In this document: positions 13,558 through 27,096 of the stretch, piece after piece
How the letters are laid out: every line of letters starts with the position of its first letter
How positions within the stretch are numbered: position 1 is the first letter of the stretch
Origin: Nageia nagi
Taxonomy: Eukaryota > Plantae > Pinophyta
Direction: 5' to 3'
DNA length: 64,000 nucleotides
Assembly (NCBI GenBank): GCA_050084985.1
Contig: JBITNC010000001.1
Location: 176,576,001-176,640,000, forward strand
Translations under genes and position numbers: made by a program
Notes under the pieces: model-generated
The model's database searches: none
Seen by the model: the letters and a program-made list of their open reading frames with translations, nothing else
Told to the model about the DNA's origin: nothing

Positions 13558-14397
13558 TGTAGAATCTAAACAGATTGACTACATAATAAACATTCCATAT
13601 TCCGATATTGTTCAACTCAATCTTTGGCAACAATAATCTTGATAAGATTATAGCTCATTCCTTAATACACAGCAAAAGCAATAACACGGTCATTACAAGA
13701 GCTGAACAATATAATTCACCCAGGATCATCCAGTTGTTCAATGCAAAACGAAACTTCTCTTATTAATACATACACACAAATGATCTAAAACTCTCCAATA
13801 CAACACACATTACTCAGACTAATACAAAGAACAAAACTCTCCAATACAACACACATATTACTCAGACTAATACAAAGAACATGATCTAATAGATCAATGT
13901 TCTATTACAAATGGCCCTCAAGGAGCTCTTAACTCTTTCTACAGCTCTACTCCATTGTTCACCTATGTTCTACAATCTAATACAATGATCAGTCTCTTAT
14001 ATAGCTTTTACAATCCACTACAAAACAATATAATAGTTATACTCGCATTAATCCTAAGAAATACGATACTAAAAAACCAAACCAGAAGACAAAAAAACCT
14101 AAAACAGTTGGTGCACTTACAGAACAAACAAAACTTGCAGTTACTATACACACATCATTTACTGATATACGCACAGGCTTTAATCATATACACACAGGTT
14201 ATGACAATTTGTAATCGTCCAGAATGGACTTGATATATGCACAGGTTTTAGGTGATATACGCACGGGTAATAACTTGATATACACAGGGTTATCTGTGCA
14301 TTATATGCACAGTGTTTCTGCCTACATAACCAGAACTAAAAATTGGAAGGATCTTCAGGGCAATGCAAGGCAAGTTTGAGGAGATGAGATTCCAACA
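13558..14397 (-). repeat. 3' LTR of element 13558-17589
   Basis: Direct repeat of 16729-17589, adjacent to PPT. Confidence 0.97.
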
Positions 14398-14429
14398 TTC
14401 TCCCCCTTGATGTTGAAGGGACTCAAGAG

Positions 14430-16610
14430 AGTTCTAAAGCATCACAAAACTGGTCAACTGATCTCCTTTTTCTCTTCTCTAATTTTGTAACAAAAAAAAT
14501 AAAAATTTCAAAAATTTGTTTTAGGCACTCCTTCCACTCATCTTTAGGTGGCTATCCTCCATCTCCATTGCTTTCTCCAGCAAATAACCGAGAGCTTTTT
14601 GATGATCAACTCCCCCTTCATCAAAAAACTCCTCTTAGCCTCTATTAACATTCCAACAATGTCAATAGCAATGGTTCTCAACAACCATTCTTGCACATGA
14701 TCATCATTCTCATCAGTCTTCAAACAATACTCCACCTGAGTATTTACTGAAATTAATCATCTTTGATAGATGATTATACCACACTACAGTCTTACATATC
14801 TCAACACAAATTATCAAACAATACATAGCCATGAAATGACTAATCACAAATGCAACTAGTGAGCAAACCTCACCAAAGAAATCATCACTCCTCACTATTG
14901 CTACAAATTCCTCCTTCCAAGGAGTTTCAAACACATCTCTCACCATGAGATGCCACAGCCAATTCCTATTCATGGTTTCCATAACCATGCTATCCATGTC
15001 CTTCCAAATGAAAGAACTTCATCCACCAATGTTTGTTGATAAAAACAAACTCTCAATATTTTCATTGATGCCTTTGTAAGACATTCTCCATCATACATCA
15101 TAACAGCAGCTTCAAAATTTTGATGAACAGTTTTCATTAAACATCTACTTATAAACAAATAATCAGCCAAGAGTCATCATCTCTGATTTGATGAGTAGTT
15201 TCTCGTGCTTCCTATGAAACCATATTGCTGCAAACATACACAAATCGTTGCTCCACAACCAACCACTGCCTCTTCCTCATTCTTCATTGTTATCACTCCA
15301 AGTGAGTGATCTCCATCCTGTTTCACAATTGCCTTTCCAAGACAATTTTCACTCCATTGATGATATCTCCATTGTCATTACAGCATGAAGATCGTCAAGT
15401 TTTATTTCTTTTTTTGCATTTTCTATCTCATCAATGATATAATCTTTGGTATTTTCTTCTTGAAGCAAAACAGTCCTCATTTTTTATGAGTGATCTTCAT
15501 TGAGCATGAAGTTGATAGCTTGCACCTCTTCATCATTCACAACTTCTATACAAAGATCCCACAATGGTTCAACCATAGCCTTCTCAACAATTTCTGATTT
15601 TTTAAAATAACCATCCATGCCATATGAATGGCCTTCATCAAGCAAACAACACTCCATTATGAGTGTTTCTTCTTCTTCAACATTCACATTTGTTTTGCAA
15701 AAACGTAATCACTTATTCCAACTGAATGTTCTTCACTCAAACATTCTTCTATGTACAATGCTATTTCATCATCTTCATCTTTCATATTTGCATTTTTAAT
15801 ACAAACATCATCTTGGCAACAAGTGTGAAGAGTGTTACTTTAGCGTTGTCTTCAACATTCTCCTCCATGAGAATTTCTTCTTCAGCATTTTTATCAACAT
15901 TCTCCTCCACGAGAAGAACTTCAATATACTCCACCTCATCTTGGTGGTCTTCAAACAAACAATCATCCACTTTGAAGTGGTCTTCAACACAATAAATTTA
16001 TCACTCTCATAGAATGATTCTTCAACAATGCTTGAGGATTGTATCTCTTCCTCAACAATTTCTTGAACTTATGCCTCCTCCATGAGACACTCTTGAACAT
16101 ATGCCTCTTCCATGAGACATTCTTCAAGTGCTTCACCAACAAAATCAGGTACGACAATGGACTCTTCCTCCACTCCAACATTCTATTCAGATCTGAAATC
16201 ATGTATCTCACTCTCCAAGTGAAAATCCTTCATAAGAGTCTTACACAGCTACCTCGTACTCACAAAATCATCTTGCTTGGTATGGTTACTCTCATGGTAA
16301 CCATCTTGCAACATTTTCCATGCATCAGTAGCTGTTCTACACCCTGCTATCATGAAAAAAACATTCTTCTTCATGGCAGATCTAAGATCTAGAAGAGCCA
16401 AACAGTTTTGATGTTGCTCCTCCTTCTTAGCTTGTCTTTCTTCTGCTGCAACTTTGCTCCAATTTGTTGGTTCTTCATACCCAGCAAAATGATGTCCCAA
16501 AGTCTTTTTGCCATCAACAATGTCTTCATTTTGATATTGCACAATTCATAGTCTTCACCATCAAATTCTGGAACATTCAATCCTTCATACATATTGTTGC
16601 CCATCATACC
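14430..16610 (-). pseudogene. gag: Copia gag N-terminus followed by a long decayed acidic low-complexity frame; no integrase or RT core
   Basis: VPEFDGEDYELCNIKMKTLLMAKRLWDII and FFMIAGCRTATDAWKMLQDGY are Copia gag motifs; downstream fragments are Glu/Asp-rich. Confidence 0.8.
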
Positions 16611-16728
16611 AACATCAACAAAAATTACCTTTGTAAATATTTGACAAATCTCTACAGCAAACTCTAGAACAATTCTGAAGCCACAACTTAGCTCTGATCC
16701 TTTGATCCAACTCAGCTCTGATACCACA

Positions 16729-17589
16729 TGTAGAATCTAAACAAATTGACAACATAATAAACATTCCATATTCCAATATTGTTCAACTCAATCTTTGGCA
16801 ACAATAATCTTGATAAGATTATAGCTCATTCCTTAATACACGGCAAAAGCGATAACACTACAAGAGCTGAACAACATAATTCACCCAAGATCATCCAGTT
16901 GTTCAATGCTGAAACAAAACAACTCTTATTAATGCATACACACAAATGATCTAAAATGTATTACAACAAATGATCTAAAATGTATTACAACAAATGATAT
17001 ATATGTATTCTAATAGAATACCAAACTCTCCAACACAACACACATATTACTTAGACTAATACGAAGAACATGAACATGATTTGATAGATCAATGTTCTAT
17101 TACAAATGGCTCTCGTGGAGCTCTTAACTCTTTCTACAGCTCTACTCCATTGTTCTACAATCCAATAAAATGATCAATCTCTTATATAGCTTTTACAATA
17201 CACTTCAAAAGAATACAATAGTTATACTCACATTAATCCTGAGAAATAACCAAACTTGACGACAAAAAAACAGCAATAATAATCATTACAGTTACCAAAC
17301 ACAAAACCTACAATTACTATACGCAAAACATTTATTAATATACGCACAAGCTTTATTGATGTACGCACAGGATTTAATCATATACACAGGTTATGACAAA
17401 CTGCAATCGGCCAAAATGGACATGATATACCCACGGGTTTTAGGTGATATATGGATAGGTGATAACTTGATATACGCATGGGTTATCTGTGCGCTATATG
17501 CACAACGTTTCTACCTACATAACCAGAACTGAAAATGGGCAAGATCTTCAAGGGAATGCAAGGCATGTTTGAGGGATGCAATTCCAACA
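16729..17589 (-). repeat. 5' LTR of element 13558-17589
   Basis: Direct repeat of 13558-14397, adjacent to PBS. Confidence 0.97.
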
Positions 17590-20104
17590 GAGGTTCGGAT
17601 GGTACTGGAGAAGGGGGGCTACTAAAGTTCTAGGAAAAATTAGAACGCTTCAATGAAGAACTCTTGTGACAGTTCATAGCTAGCTAGAAATACAGGGTTG
17701 TGCATGCATTTGGAATCAATTTCCAAGTGCATCAAAAGCTACTGGCTCAGGCCACTAGCCTCTCGGAGACTGGAGAGATTATCAAGTGTGATAATCACAG
17801 CTTAAAAGTTGAATTGGTAAAGTTCTCCAAAGGAGAATTTGAGTTTCCAAGGGTTAGCAAGGGTGTCGTAAGAACCTCTCTCCTAGATCCATGGTCGAAA
17901 GTAGCCTTGGTCATAATGCAGTATGTTACGAACCCTCAAACACTTGGGTACGGAGCTTTCATTTTAGGTTCCTTAATCATATGAGGGGTTCTAAGATGAA
18001 TATCTCAGCATTTCTTTTTGTTGAGTTGGGCAAGGCTGTAGAGGATAGTCATAAGGGTGAATGCAATAAACCTCCACACCAAGGTCTAATTTCATTGTCT
18101 GAAGCATGTTCTCTACCAATTGGGCATCTCCAATAAATTTGACTAGCCTACGCCCAATAATCCTCAAGTGGCCAATGCACTAGAGGATAAGAAGCCAAGC
18201 GAGGAATAAAAGAGGAGGAAAGTAAAATTGGAGGACCACGATTGGCCTCCAAGGGAGATGGCAAGTCGATACAACACACGAAAAGACAAAAAGGACCAAT
18301 CTACTTTGAAGAGTCTAATACAGAAGAAACTAAGGAGTCATCCAAGATAGTCGGGAAAGCTGTGAAAGAAGTTGCTAAGCGCCTTTGAATTGTTTGCAAG
18401 TTTGTTAAAACAATACCACCTCTCTAGATATTGATCTGAAAAGTTTCTAAGGCAGCAAACGTCATCAATAAACTTGTTATTCCAAACATCAAAAATGCAG
18501 CAAACATCCCTATTGCAAAAATGTTTATGAACCAATCCGAAATAGTGAGGAGTAGTCGGACTTTAGCTGTTTGTTTCAGCATCTTTCCCATCATGTTACC
18601 TTCCTTCCTTCTCACCACAAACTGATGAAGATCATCAATAAACAATTCAAACTCTAGATTTGAATTTTTCATCATTGGATGATGAAAATCAATAGCAAAC
18701 AAATCATTTCCCAGATCTTATTTTTCAACCATAAAATGATGAAAATCAGCAGTCTCTATTGGTGTCTTCTTGTACCACATACACTTTAATTCTTCATCAA
18801 AATAATAGTTAACAAGTAAGGTGAAATACTCTTTGCTGTTATGCATCCATATCACAAGAAATTCATACTTTCCTTTCTTCTCCACACTTGACCATTTGAG
18901 TTGTACAAAACTTTTTGTGATATTTTCATGGCTGCCTAAACTCTGAACAACCTCTTCTTGTAGGTTGGTACCATCTCCCAAATCTTCTCTATGCACCCAA
19001 GATCCTGATTTGTCCTTTTCAACATCATGATTATTCCAATCACAAGTATGGTAACAAACATGAACTATCTCTACCACATCACCTTTCATGAAATCTACCA
19101 ACTCATGCATCTTGGTCTTTTTAAGTCCCACAATTTCAAGTGCCCAAGTGAATCCAAACAATATGATAAAAGTATCCCTATTTATGCACGGAAATCTGAT
19201 CCATAACACAACTCTCATTTACACCCTTATAGTCATCACCAACATTTCCAAAAGTGTTATGCAAGGTGCAGTCAATATAAACCATATTGCATCCTTAGAA
19301 AGAGTTGTCCCAAGCGCTGTTCTAAGCTACAAAACTGCAGTGAACATCATCCACAATGTTAATGCTACAGCAGTGGATCCCATCAAATATATCCTCCAAG
19401 ATTTCATCAATACAGTAGTGAATCTCACCCAGAATGTAGCAATACAAAACATTAAACTTCTTGTCCTAAATGTGAAAAATGTAACCTCAAAAATCAGCGA
19501 ACATACAGTCATCTCAAATACATCCACCATTTCACATGAAATGCAATCCGATATATTACCAAAAGTGCAGCAAATATCTTCATCACATTTGTTGCATACT
19601 ACTCTCCAAATGCATCTTTTCAAAACTGAAATCATGCATACTACTCTCCAAATGCACATTTACCGTGTCAAACTCACGAACACGATGTCCTTGCAATTTT
19701 TCTACCCTTTTTCTACAAATTGCTAGACATCGAAAAACATCTTTCTTCATCATTGCATCCTCATGAATCACTACAAGTGCCATCTCAATATTTAGCAAAC
19801 ATGACTCCTTCCCAACATTCGCATAAGTATTGAAACTTCCAAAAAATAAAGAATTGTTGTCATAAAAATCAGAATCTCTGTCATACCTTTTTAGAGTGTC
19901 TTTATGGCTGCTCCAAGTCTCAAGAAGGAATTCATGATGCCCAAGAAGTTGTATGTCCTTCACCAAATCTGAGTTAGATTTCTCCTTGCAAATAATTCTT
20001 CCATCATGTACCAAAAGACCCGGATCCCATGGAACTATGGGTTGATATTCTCTAATTGACAGAGTGTGCTCACCAAAACTCATCATGATTGAAAACATAC
20101 CTCC

Positions 20105-20228
20105 ATGTGCAGATCTAGGCTCTCTAAACATGGGCCTAAGCTCTCAAAGTGTAAATCTAGTCTCCCCATGTGTGAATCTAAGCTCCTCATGTGTAGATCT
20201 AGGCTTCCCAAGTGTAGATCTAGGCTCC
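20105..20228. repeat. 21-bp coding-phase minisatellite (gtgtagatctaggct core), ~6 copies
   Basis: Heptad repeat visible in the DNA and in ORF-track translations (CVNLSSS/CVDLGFP). Confidence 0.85.
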
Positions 20229-21660
20229 AGCTCCATAATGAATGTGCTAGCAACACAAGAAATTCTCTCTATCTTCTTTGTTGTCACACCTTGAGAAACA
20301 TTTTAGGATTTTTCCATACATACCTCATGTGGTAAGGAAGTTTCTTCATCAACAATTTATGATTTGTCTCCAAGATCCAAATCAGCCAACTCCATGACAT
20401 TTTATTTGACTTCCTCAAGTGACAGAAATTTCTTCCATCTTGTCTTCTACCACCCTCTTCATTTCCTCAACTTTTGCTTCAAGATCTATGGTTGATTTCT
20501 TTTTGACATCAGATCTATTATTTCTCCAATTCTTAATCGCCTTCTTCCCCAACAGCTCCAAAAATAGGTGAAATGTCACACCCTTCATGATTGCTTCAGA
20601 TCTCACCATGTACTCTTGATACAATGTGTCCATCTCATCCATTGTAACATATGTGGGATCCAACATTTTCATTATCTTGTCCGCCTTGGTCCAAAATTTC
20701 TTGTCATAATCCATCTCTCCAAAATCCTTAGATCTCACGTCAACAAAAATTAAATCACAAACCTTAGGTATTTAGTTGAATTGCTCAAATAGAATACAAA
20801 CCCTAGATTCAGAAAGATCACTCAAATCCCCTAACTCAAAGCTGAAACTCAAACATTGCAAAGCACACTTATTATAAAACCCTAAATAATGAATCACAAC
20901 CAAATCTAAATATCCAAAAACTCTAAATGCTATAAATAAATCAGTAAACCCTCAAATCACAAAGCCATGGTGTAGAATCTCCAAATTAACCAAATGGGTA
21001 TCTAAATCTACTCCTTAATACTCAAACCCCTTCAAAAAAAATCAGATCTACAATTTATTCCGAAAATGAGCCAGAATTCATAGAAATTGCTAGATCTCAC
21101 ACCAAAAATTTATTAAACATAATTCTGAAAGTGGTAATACAAAATAAAGCTTAACGGGTACTCAAATCAACCTTCAAAAGTGTCCAGAAAAATTCTCAAT
21201 GTTGATCAAGGTTGTTGAGTTTTTCCACACAAAATCCTTCATAGACTGCGGGAAACTAGCTCTAGTACTGCTGTAATAGCCCTAACTTGCTAATTATGAA
21301 ATTTTATCAACAACAAATCAGATCTGTAAATAACCCAGAAAAATGCACCATAAAACCCTAAATCGTCACATTCACACCACAATAATTTTATATTACTTTT
21401 TTGTCTCACATTAAATAGAAAAGCATAAAGGGTGCTCAAGTTAAGCAACAAAAATATTAAAATAGGTCTTCCTAAGTCCTGTCAGATCGATTTGATGTGC
21501 AGCAACATAAGTCCTCAATCTACGAACCAATTCCCAAACTACTTGTGGGATTAATATCCCCATTACATCAAATATAAATCTATCTAACTATTACAACACA
21601 ACCCCTATTAGATTAGTGTTGTTAACATTACCCCCTTTAATCTAAAGGGGTTGATGTAAG

Positions 21661-24600
21661 TCAAAGCATTTGTCTGAATTTCTCGAACTTAACTCTTCCA
21701 AGCGCCTTGGTGAAGATGTCTGCTGTTTGGTCTTCAGTAGAACAATGTTTCAACCAAATTGTTTTGACCTCTACATGATGTCGAATCAAATGATACTTTG
21801 TGTTGATGTGTTTTGTTCGCTCATGAAACTTGGGATTCTTAGCTAACTTGATTGTAGAAGTATTGTCAATTAGAAGCGGAGTGGGAAACACTTGTTTCTC
21901 TTGCAAATCTTCAAGTATCTTCCTAAGCCACACAATCTCCTTTGTTGCCTCTGCTGCAACCACATACTTTGCCTTGATAGTGGAATATGCTAGAATGGAT
22001 TCTGTGATCTCCAGGAAATAGTTGTTATTCCAAGACTAATAAGATATCCTGAAGTAGAAACTCCTTTCTCCTTATCACCATCAAAGTCTAAATCAGAATA
22101 TCCTATCAGTTTGAAGTCTCTCACTTTTGAGTATTTGTGACCAAAATCATGAGTTCCTTTCAAATATCGAAGGACTCTTTTCGCTACTACCCAATAGCCT
22201 TCACATGGTTGGTGCATGAACTGAGAAAGAATTCCAACCACAAATGAAATATTAGGTCGGGTATTGGTTAGATAAATGAGACTTCCAATTTATTGTCTGT
22301 ATTTTGTAGCATCTTCAAATTGATTCCCCTCAAATGAAATCAATTTCAGGTTTTGTTCCATTGGAAAAGAAAGTGGTTTACAATCTATCATACGAAACTT
22401 ACTCAACAATTCTCCAACGTATTTCTTTTGAGAAATAAATATGTAGTGTGGCGCTTAAGTCACTTCAACAACCAAATAGTAATGAAGATGCCCCATATCA
22501 ATCATTTCAAAACCCTTCTTCATATCTTGTTTCACTTATGCAATGAAACCTTCATTGTTCCCTATTATTAAAAGATCAACTACATACACCACAAGATACA
22601 CAACTATCTTGCCAACTTTCTTGACAAATAGAGTTGCATCATCAAGATTAAAGTGCTGGAAGTTAATCTTCAAAAGATGTTCAGTAAGCATCTCATACCA
22701 AGTGCGAGGTGCTTGTTTTAATCTGTACAAAGACTTGATGAGTTTACATACCTTATGTTCCTGTACTTTTACTGCAAAACCTTCAAGCTGAGTCATGTAC
22801 ATATTTTCTTTTAGATCACCATTCAAAAATATAGTTTTCACATCCATTTGATGTATCTTCCATCCATACTAAGCAAACATAGCTATCAAAGACCGAATAG
22901 TTGCCCATTTAGCAGTAGGAGCAGATGTCTCATCATAATCAATGCCTTGCTTTTGTGCATAGCCCTTAGCCACAAGCGTTGCCTTGTGTTTGTCAAGTGA
23001 GCCGTAAGATTTGTACTTATTTTTATAGACTCACTTGCAACCAATTGGTTTGGTTCCACATGGAGGATCTACCAACTTCCAAGTTCCATTTTTTATTAGA
23101 CCATCATTCTACTTTTTCATGGCATCTATCCATTCATCATGAGAAAATGCCTCTTTGAAGGAAGCTAGCTCGAAATCAACAAAAAAATTCACTTCAACAT
23201 CAAAATTACAATCTTTATCTTCAACAAAAACATCATCAACAATGACATCATCTGAAATTGAACCTTCTACTGCTCCATTTTCTTGTCTAGCCCAATAAGA
23301 GCTTCTTGTTCCAGTCTTCCCTATTTCATCAGGTTTAACCATTTCAAAAGTTCTTTCCAACTATTTTGGTATTTTGTGTTTTTTTTCTTGGTTGCTCACA
23401 CGATTGAGGAGGAACTTGATTGCCATCAATACTCAACCATCCAATCCCAGCAATCACATCATCCAACTGGCTTGCAGGTAATGACTCTAATGAAGTACAA
23501 GAAATGGCTGAAGAGGGAGTTTGTTCTTCAGGAACAAATGGTGAAGATTCCAAAGATTGATCCAATATAGGTATCCCCCCTTCAAGATTTGGAATCTCAT
23601 AATCTTCTTCAAAATAATGCTTCCCACAGGTGAACCGATCAAGGTGTTCAAGCTGCTGCTCAACAGCATTGTCGCCTTTGAAAATTTCAAGAAACACAAC
23701 ATCTTTGGCAAAGAGAAACTTCTTGTTTACCTCGTCATAAATCTTGTATCCTTTGGTTGTATATGAATATCCCAAAAAAATACACTTGCGACTCCTAGCT
23801 CCAAGCTTGGTTCGTTGTTCCTTAGGAATGAGCGCATAACAAGTGGAACCAAAAATCTTGAGATGGCGCACTGAAGGAACTTGACCAAACCATAACTCAA
23901 ATGGATTCTTGTTGTCAAGAGCATGAGAAGCAGATCTATTTCTCAAATAGACAGCACATTGAACTGCATCACCCCAAAACATAAATTTCACATTCTTGAA
24001 AAACAACGTAGCATGTGCCATATTCAAAAGAGTGCAATTCATATGCTCAACAAACTATTTTGTTGAGGATTATGAAGAACAATAGTCTGATGTTTGATGC
24101 CATGTTGCTGTAAACAAGTACTAAACTCAGTAGAAGAATATTCTCCCCCATTGTCAGAACGGAAAGTTCCTATACAAGTTCAGGCTTCATTTTCAACACT
24201 TAACATGAAATTCTTTGAACTTGTAAAAAGCATCAGACTTATTTTTCAACAAATATACCCAACACACCCTAGAATAGTCATCTATGAAGGTCATAAGGTA
24301 TTTGTTGCCAGCTGTAGAAGGAACGGGAAATGGACCACACAAGTCAAAGTGGATGAATTCAAGTTTCCTAGTAGCTCTCCAAGTAGAAGCGGGAAAAGGT
24401 TGCTTGTGATGCTTACCTAGGATACAGGCTTCACAAGGTTCAATGTTCCTAGAAATAGTAAGCAAACTAGAAAATCCTCACTTTTTCAAAAGATGAAATC
24501 GTGAATGCCATAACAGACTAGAAGATAAAGTACCTTTGTCTTGATGGGCGAGAAAAGCAAAGTTCTTTGATCGGACAGAAGTCCCCTTGAGCTTCAACAA

Positions 24601-24940
24601 CTTCTCATCTTCAATTCCAATCATCACGATTTGATTATCCACTGAGCGACGAATCTCCACCTTACCATCAAAGATATGTATAGAATGACGTTGACGAACA
24701 AGAACAAGCAAAAGCAAATGCCTCCTGAGCTCAGGAAGATAAAGAACATCTCGAAGAACAAAATCTACAAACCCTGGTAATTTGAGTCAAATTGTACCAA
24801 TTCCAAATGGTTTAATCATGGATATATCTGCAAAGTATACTGCTCCATCAATGTCTTCAAACAACTCTTCAAAAAAATCTTATCAAAAACTCATATGACA
24901 TGAAGTACCTGTATCAAGCAACCAAGCATCTTGCCAATCA
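21661..24940 (-). pseudogene. pol: Copia pol (protease, GAG-pre-integrase, integrase, RT, RNase H), frameshifted
   Basis: AWLLDTGTSCHM; LWHSRF; CEACILGKHHKQPF..HFDLCGP..FIDDYSR; KLGARSRKCIFLGYS; MDVKTIFLNGDL..LKQAPRTWY; GYSDLDFDGD; RTKHINTKYH..ADIFTKAL. Confidence 0.96.
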
Positions 24941-25059
24941 GCAAAAGAAGTGTTCATCACGGCATCTACGCCAACATTGCACTCAACAATCACAAAATGA
25001 GCGAAATCTACAGCCTTAGCTTTATCAGCATCTTATCTCTCCTAGATCTTTTCCCATGG

Positions 25060-26201
25060 CGTCCAGCAAGTAGCAGCATCATGCACCTTTTAGTTGCATC
25101 GAGTACATTGGAGATTTGAACATTCTCCTTTTTCACCTCAACCACCTTGATTTCTACCCCCTGCCTTTGGAGTTCTTTCATCCTCAACCTCTGTTATCAC
25201 TTTCACCTCGAGACGAATCATAAGATGAATGTTTCCCTTTTTGTGCTACACACATTGTCTCAGAAGAAGAGTCACACATTTTCTTCCAAAAGCCTTTTCA
25301 CATTCCGCAATTTTTCTCAACTAAGGTGTCAAAAGTGAACGCCTTTAGCTGTCCACTTGCTTGCAACGACTCAAGATATGTTGAGTACGTAGGGTAGAGG
25401 GTTTTGATTAATGTTGCAAGGGCAATATCAATTTTGACACCAGTTTTGTGATGTCATGCATGATCGCTTATATTTCTAAAATCAACTTCATAGGATCATA
25501 ATCTGTTAATTGCAGTTCTTTCATCCTCAACCTCTGTTATCACTTTCACCTCGAGACGAATCATAAGATGAATGTTTCCCTTTTTGTGCTCTACACATTG
25601 TCTCAGAAGAAGAGTCACACGTTTTCTTCCAAAAGCCTTTTCACATTCCGCAATTTTTCTCAACTAAGGTGTCAAAAGTGAACGCCTTTAGCTGTCCACT
25701 TGCTTGCAACGACTCAAGATATGTTGAGTACGTAGGGTAGAGGGTTTTGATTAATGTTGCAAGGGCAATATCAATTTTGACACCAGTTGTTGTGATGTCA
25801 TGCATGATCGCCTGTATTTCTAAAATCAACTTCATAGGATCATAATCTGTTAACTGCAAATTGAACAATTTTAATTGAAGTTGTATTAACTCCAATTCAG
25901 AATGAGGTTCATATAGCTCTCGTAATTTCTTCAATGCATTCCAGGCATTATCAATGGAAGAAATGTGCCTATTTACCTTTTCAATAATAGAGGCGGCTAT
26001 CAAAGCATACGCCTTGCAATTTTTCATATTCCATATCGCAAGTTCCTTTGCGTTTGTGGGTTGAGTGGAAGCAGTGTCTCCATCACAAACTCCAGTCCAG
26101 AAGTCATTAAAAATTAGCATGTGCTTAAGTTTCTGATGCCATTCAGACCAATTGTCTTTGCCAGAAAGAATAACGCCGATGATACTTACTAATGAATGCA
26201 T
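25060..26201 (-). pseudogene. gag: Copia gag with zinc knuckle remnant and internal duplication
   Basis: ILSGKDNWSEWHQKL...AWNALKKLRELY; CTRCN*KVHDAATC near 25063-25110. Confidence 0.9.
25171..25857. repeat. Near-identical tandem duplication (343/344 bp) inside gag
   Basis: agttctttcatcctcaacctctgttatcac begins at 25171 and 25514. Confidence 0.96.
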
Positions 26202-27096
26202 GATAACAATATTCTTGTAACAAAACTTCCAATTATTGTCCTTACCAAAGAAATTTTCAAACCAAAAACACTAAATGCTTTTTATTCAGCAGCTTTCTTT
26301 GTTCATAAACAAACTTTGAACAAGAAAGTATAAAGCATTACATTTGATCATGTGCAGTAAGATCCTGTTCCACTTCCATTTCCTCAATATCATTGGGAAT
26401 AATAAAGACTTCAAGAGGTTGTGCTGCAGGAGTATAAGACTCGGATGACACTTCAATTATCTCGGAAGATGCAACTGTCATAGGATTATTTTCTATCATT
26501 GATTTGTCCTCAGGTTCACTATCACTGATAATAACTAATTCAGGAACATCATCATTATTTGCTTCATTTGTACCAAAAGAAGATTCTTCATACATATCTA
26601 TAGAAAGTTCAAATGAAATCTTATGTTCAACAACATAAGTCCTAATCTACAAAACACCTCTTCAAGACCAAAACGTTCCACATCTTGATCAAAATCTCTT
26701 GGATTTATGGTCGCCAGATACTCTAGGAGTGCATTGTAACAACCTTGTGGATGCATAATATGAACTTCCTTATTTCTCCAAAAAGCTCACAAAATATTTC
26801 AAAAATAATATTATTCCACCAAAAATAAATATTTTAGGGAAAAACTTCAAATTGTATTCCAAAATGTAATAATGACACCCTACAAGTGAAAATAGTGCCT
26901 CAAGAAGATTGGAACTTGTGACCTCCTATGAACAAACCAAGTATCTCTACCAAGACACCACACAACTTTTCTTGTTAATTTAGTGCAACTCCAGTCTTAA
27001 AAAAACCCAAATCTACTCAGATTTGAAAAAATTGCAAACTGGCTGAAATAAATTTTAACCTAGATTTTAGAAATCAAAAAATATTGGTTGATTCAA

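Larger units (their letters stand above)
13558..17589 (-). mobile_element. Non-autonomous Copia-derived LTR retrotransposon, structurally complete
   Basis: LTRs 13558-14397 and 16729-17589 (TGTAGAATC...TCCAACA); perfect TSD GAGGT (13553-13557, 17590-17594); perfect iMet PBS (gctctgatacca 16715-16726); PPT complement ttctccccct at 14398. Confidence 0.97.
13270..18340 (+). pseudogene. Decayed accessory-ORF fragment of probable gypsy origin, split by the LTR element at 13558-17589
   Basis: After removing the insertion the frame reads EVRMVLEKGG..KLERFNEELL*QFIAS*KYRVVHAFGINFQV...DPWSKVALVIMQYVT...FLNHMR..MNISAFLF...HQGLI. A ttttgtgcag acceptor at 13438 precedes ATG 13479. Confidence 0.55.

Noticed and set aside
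19088-19726. 212-aa plus-strand ORF as a gene
   Set aside because: Antisense shadow of the minus-strand TE frame; no recognisable domain
21475-21479. AGTCC here equals the Tat TSD at 37454 and 61999
   Set aside because: A 5-mer match between unrelated elements is expected by chance
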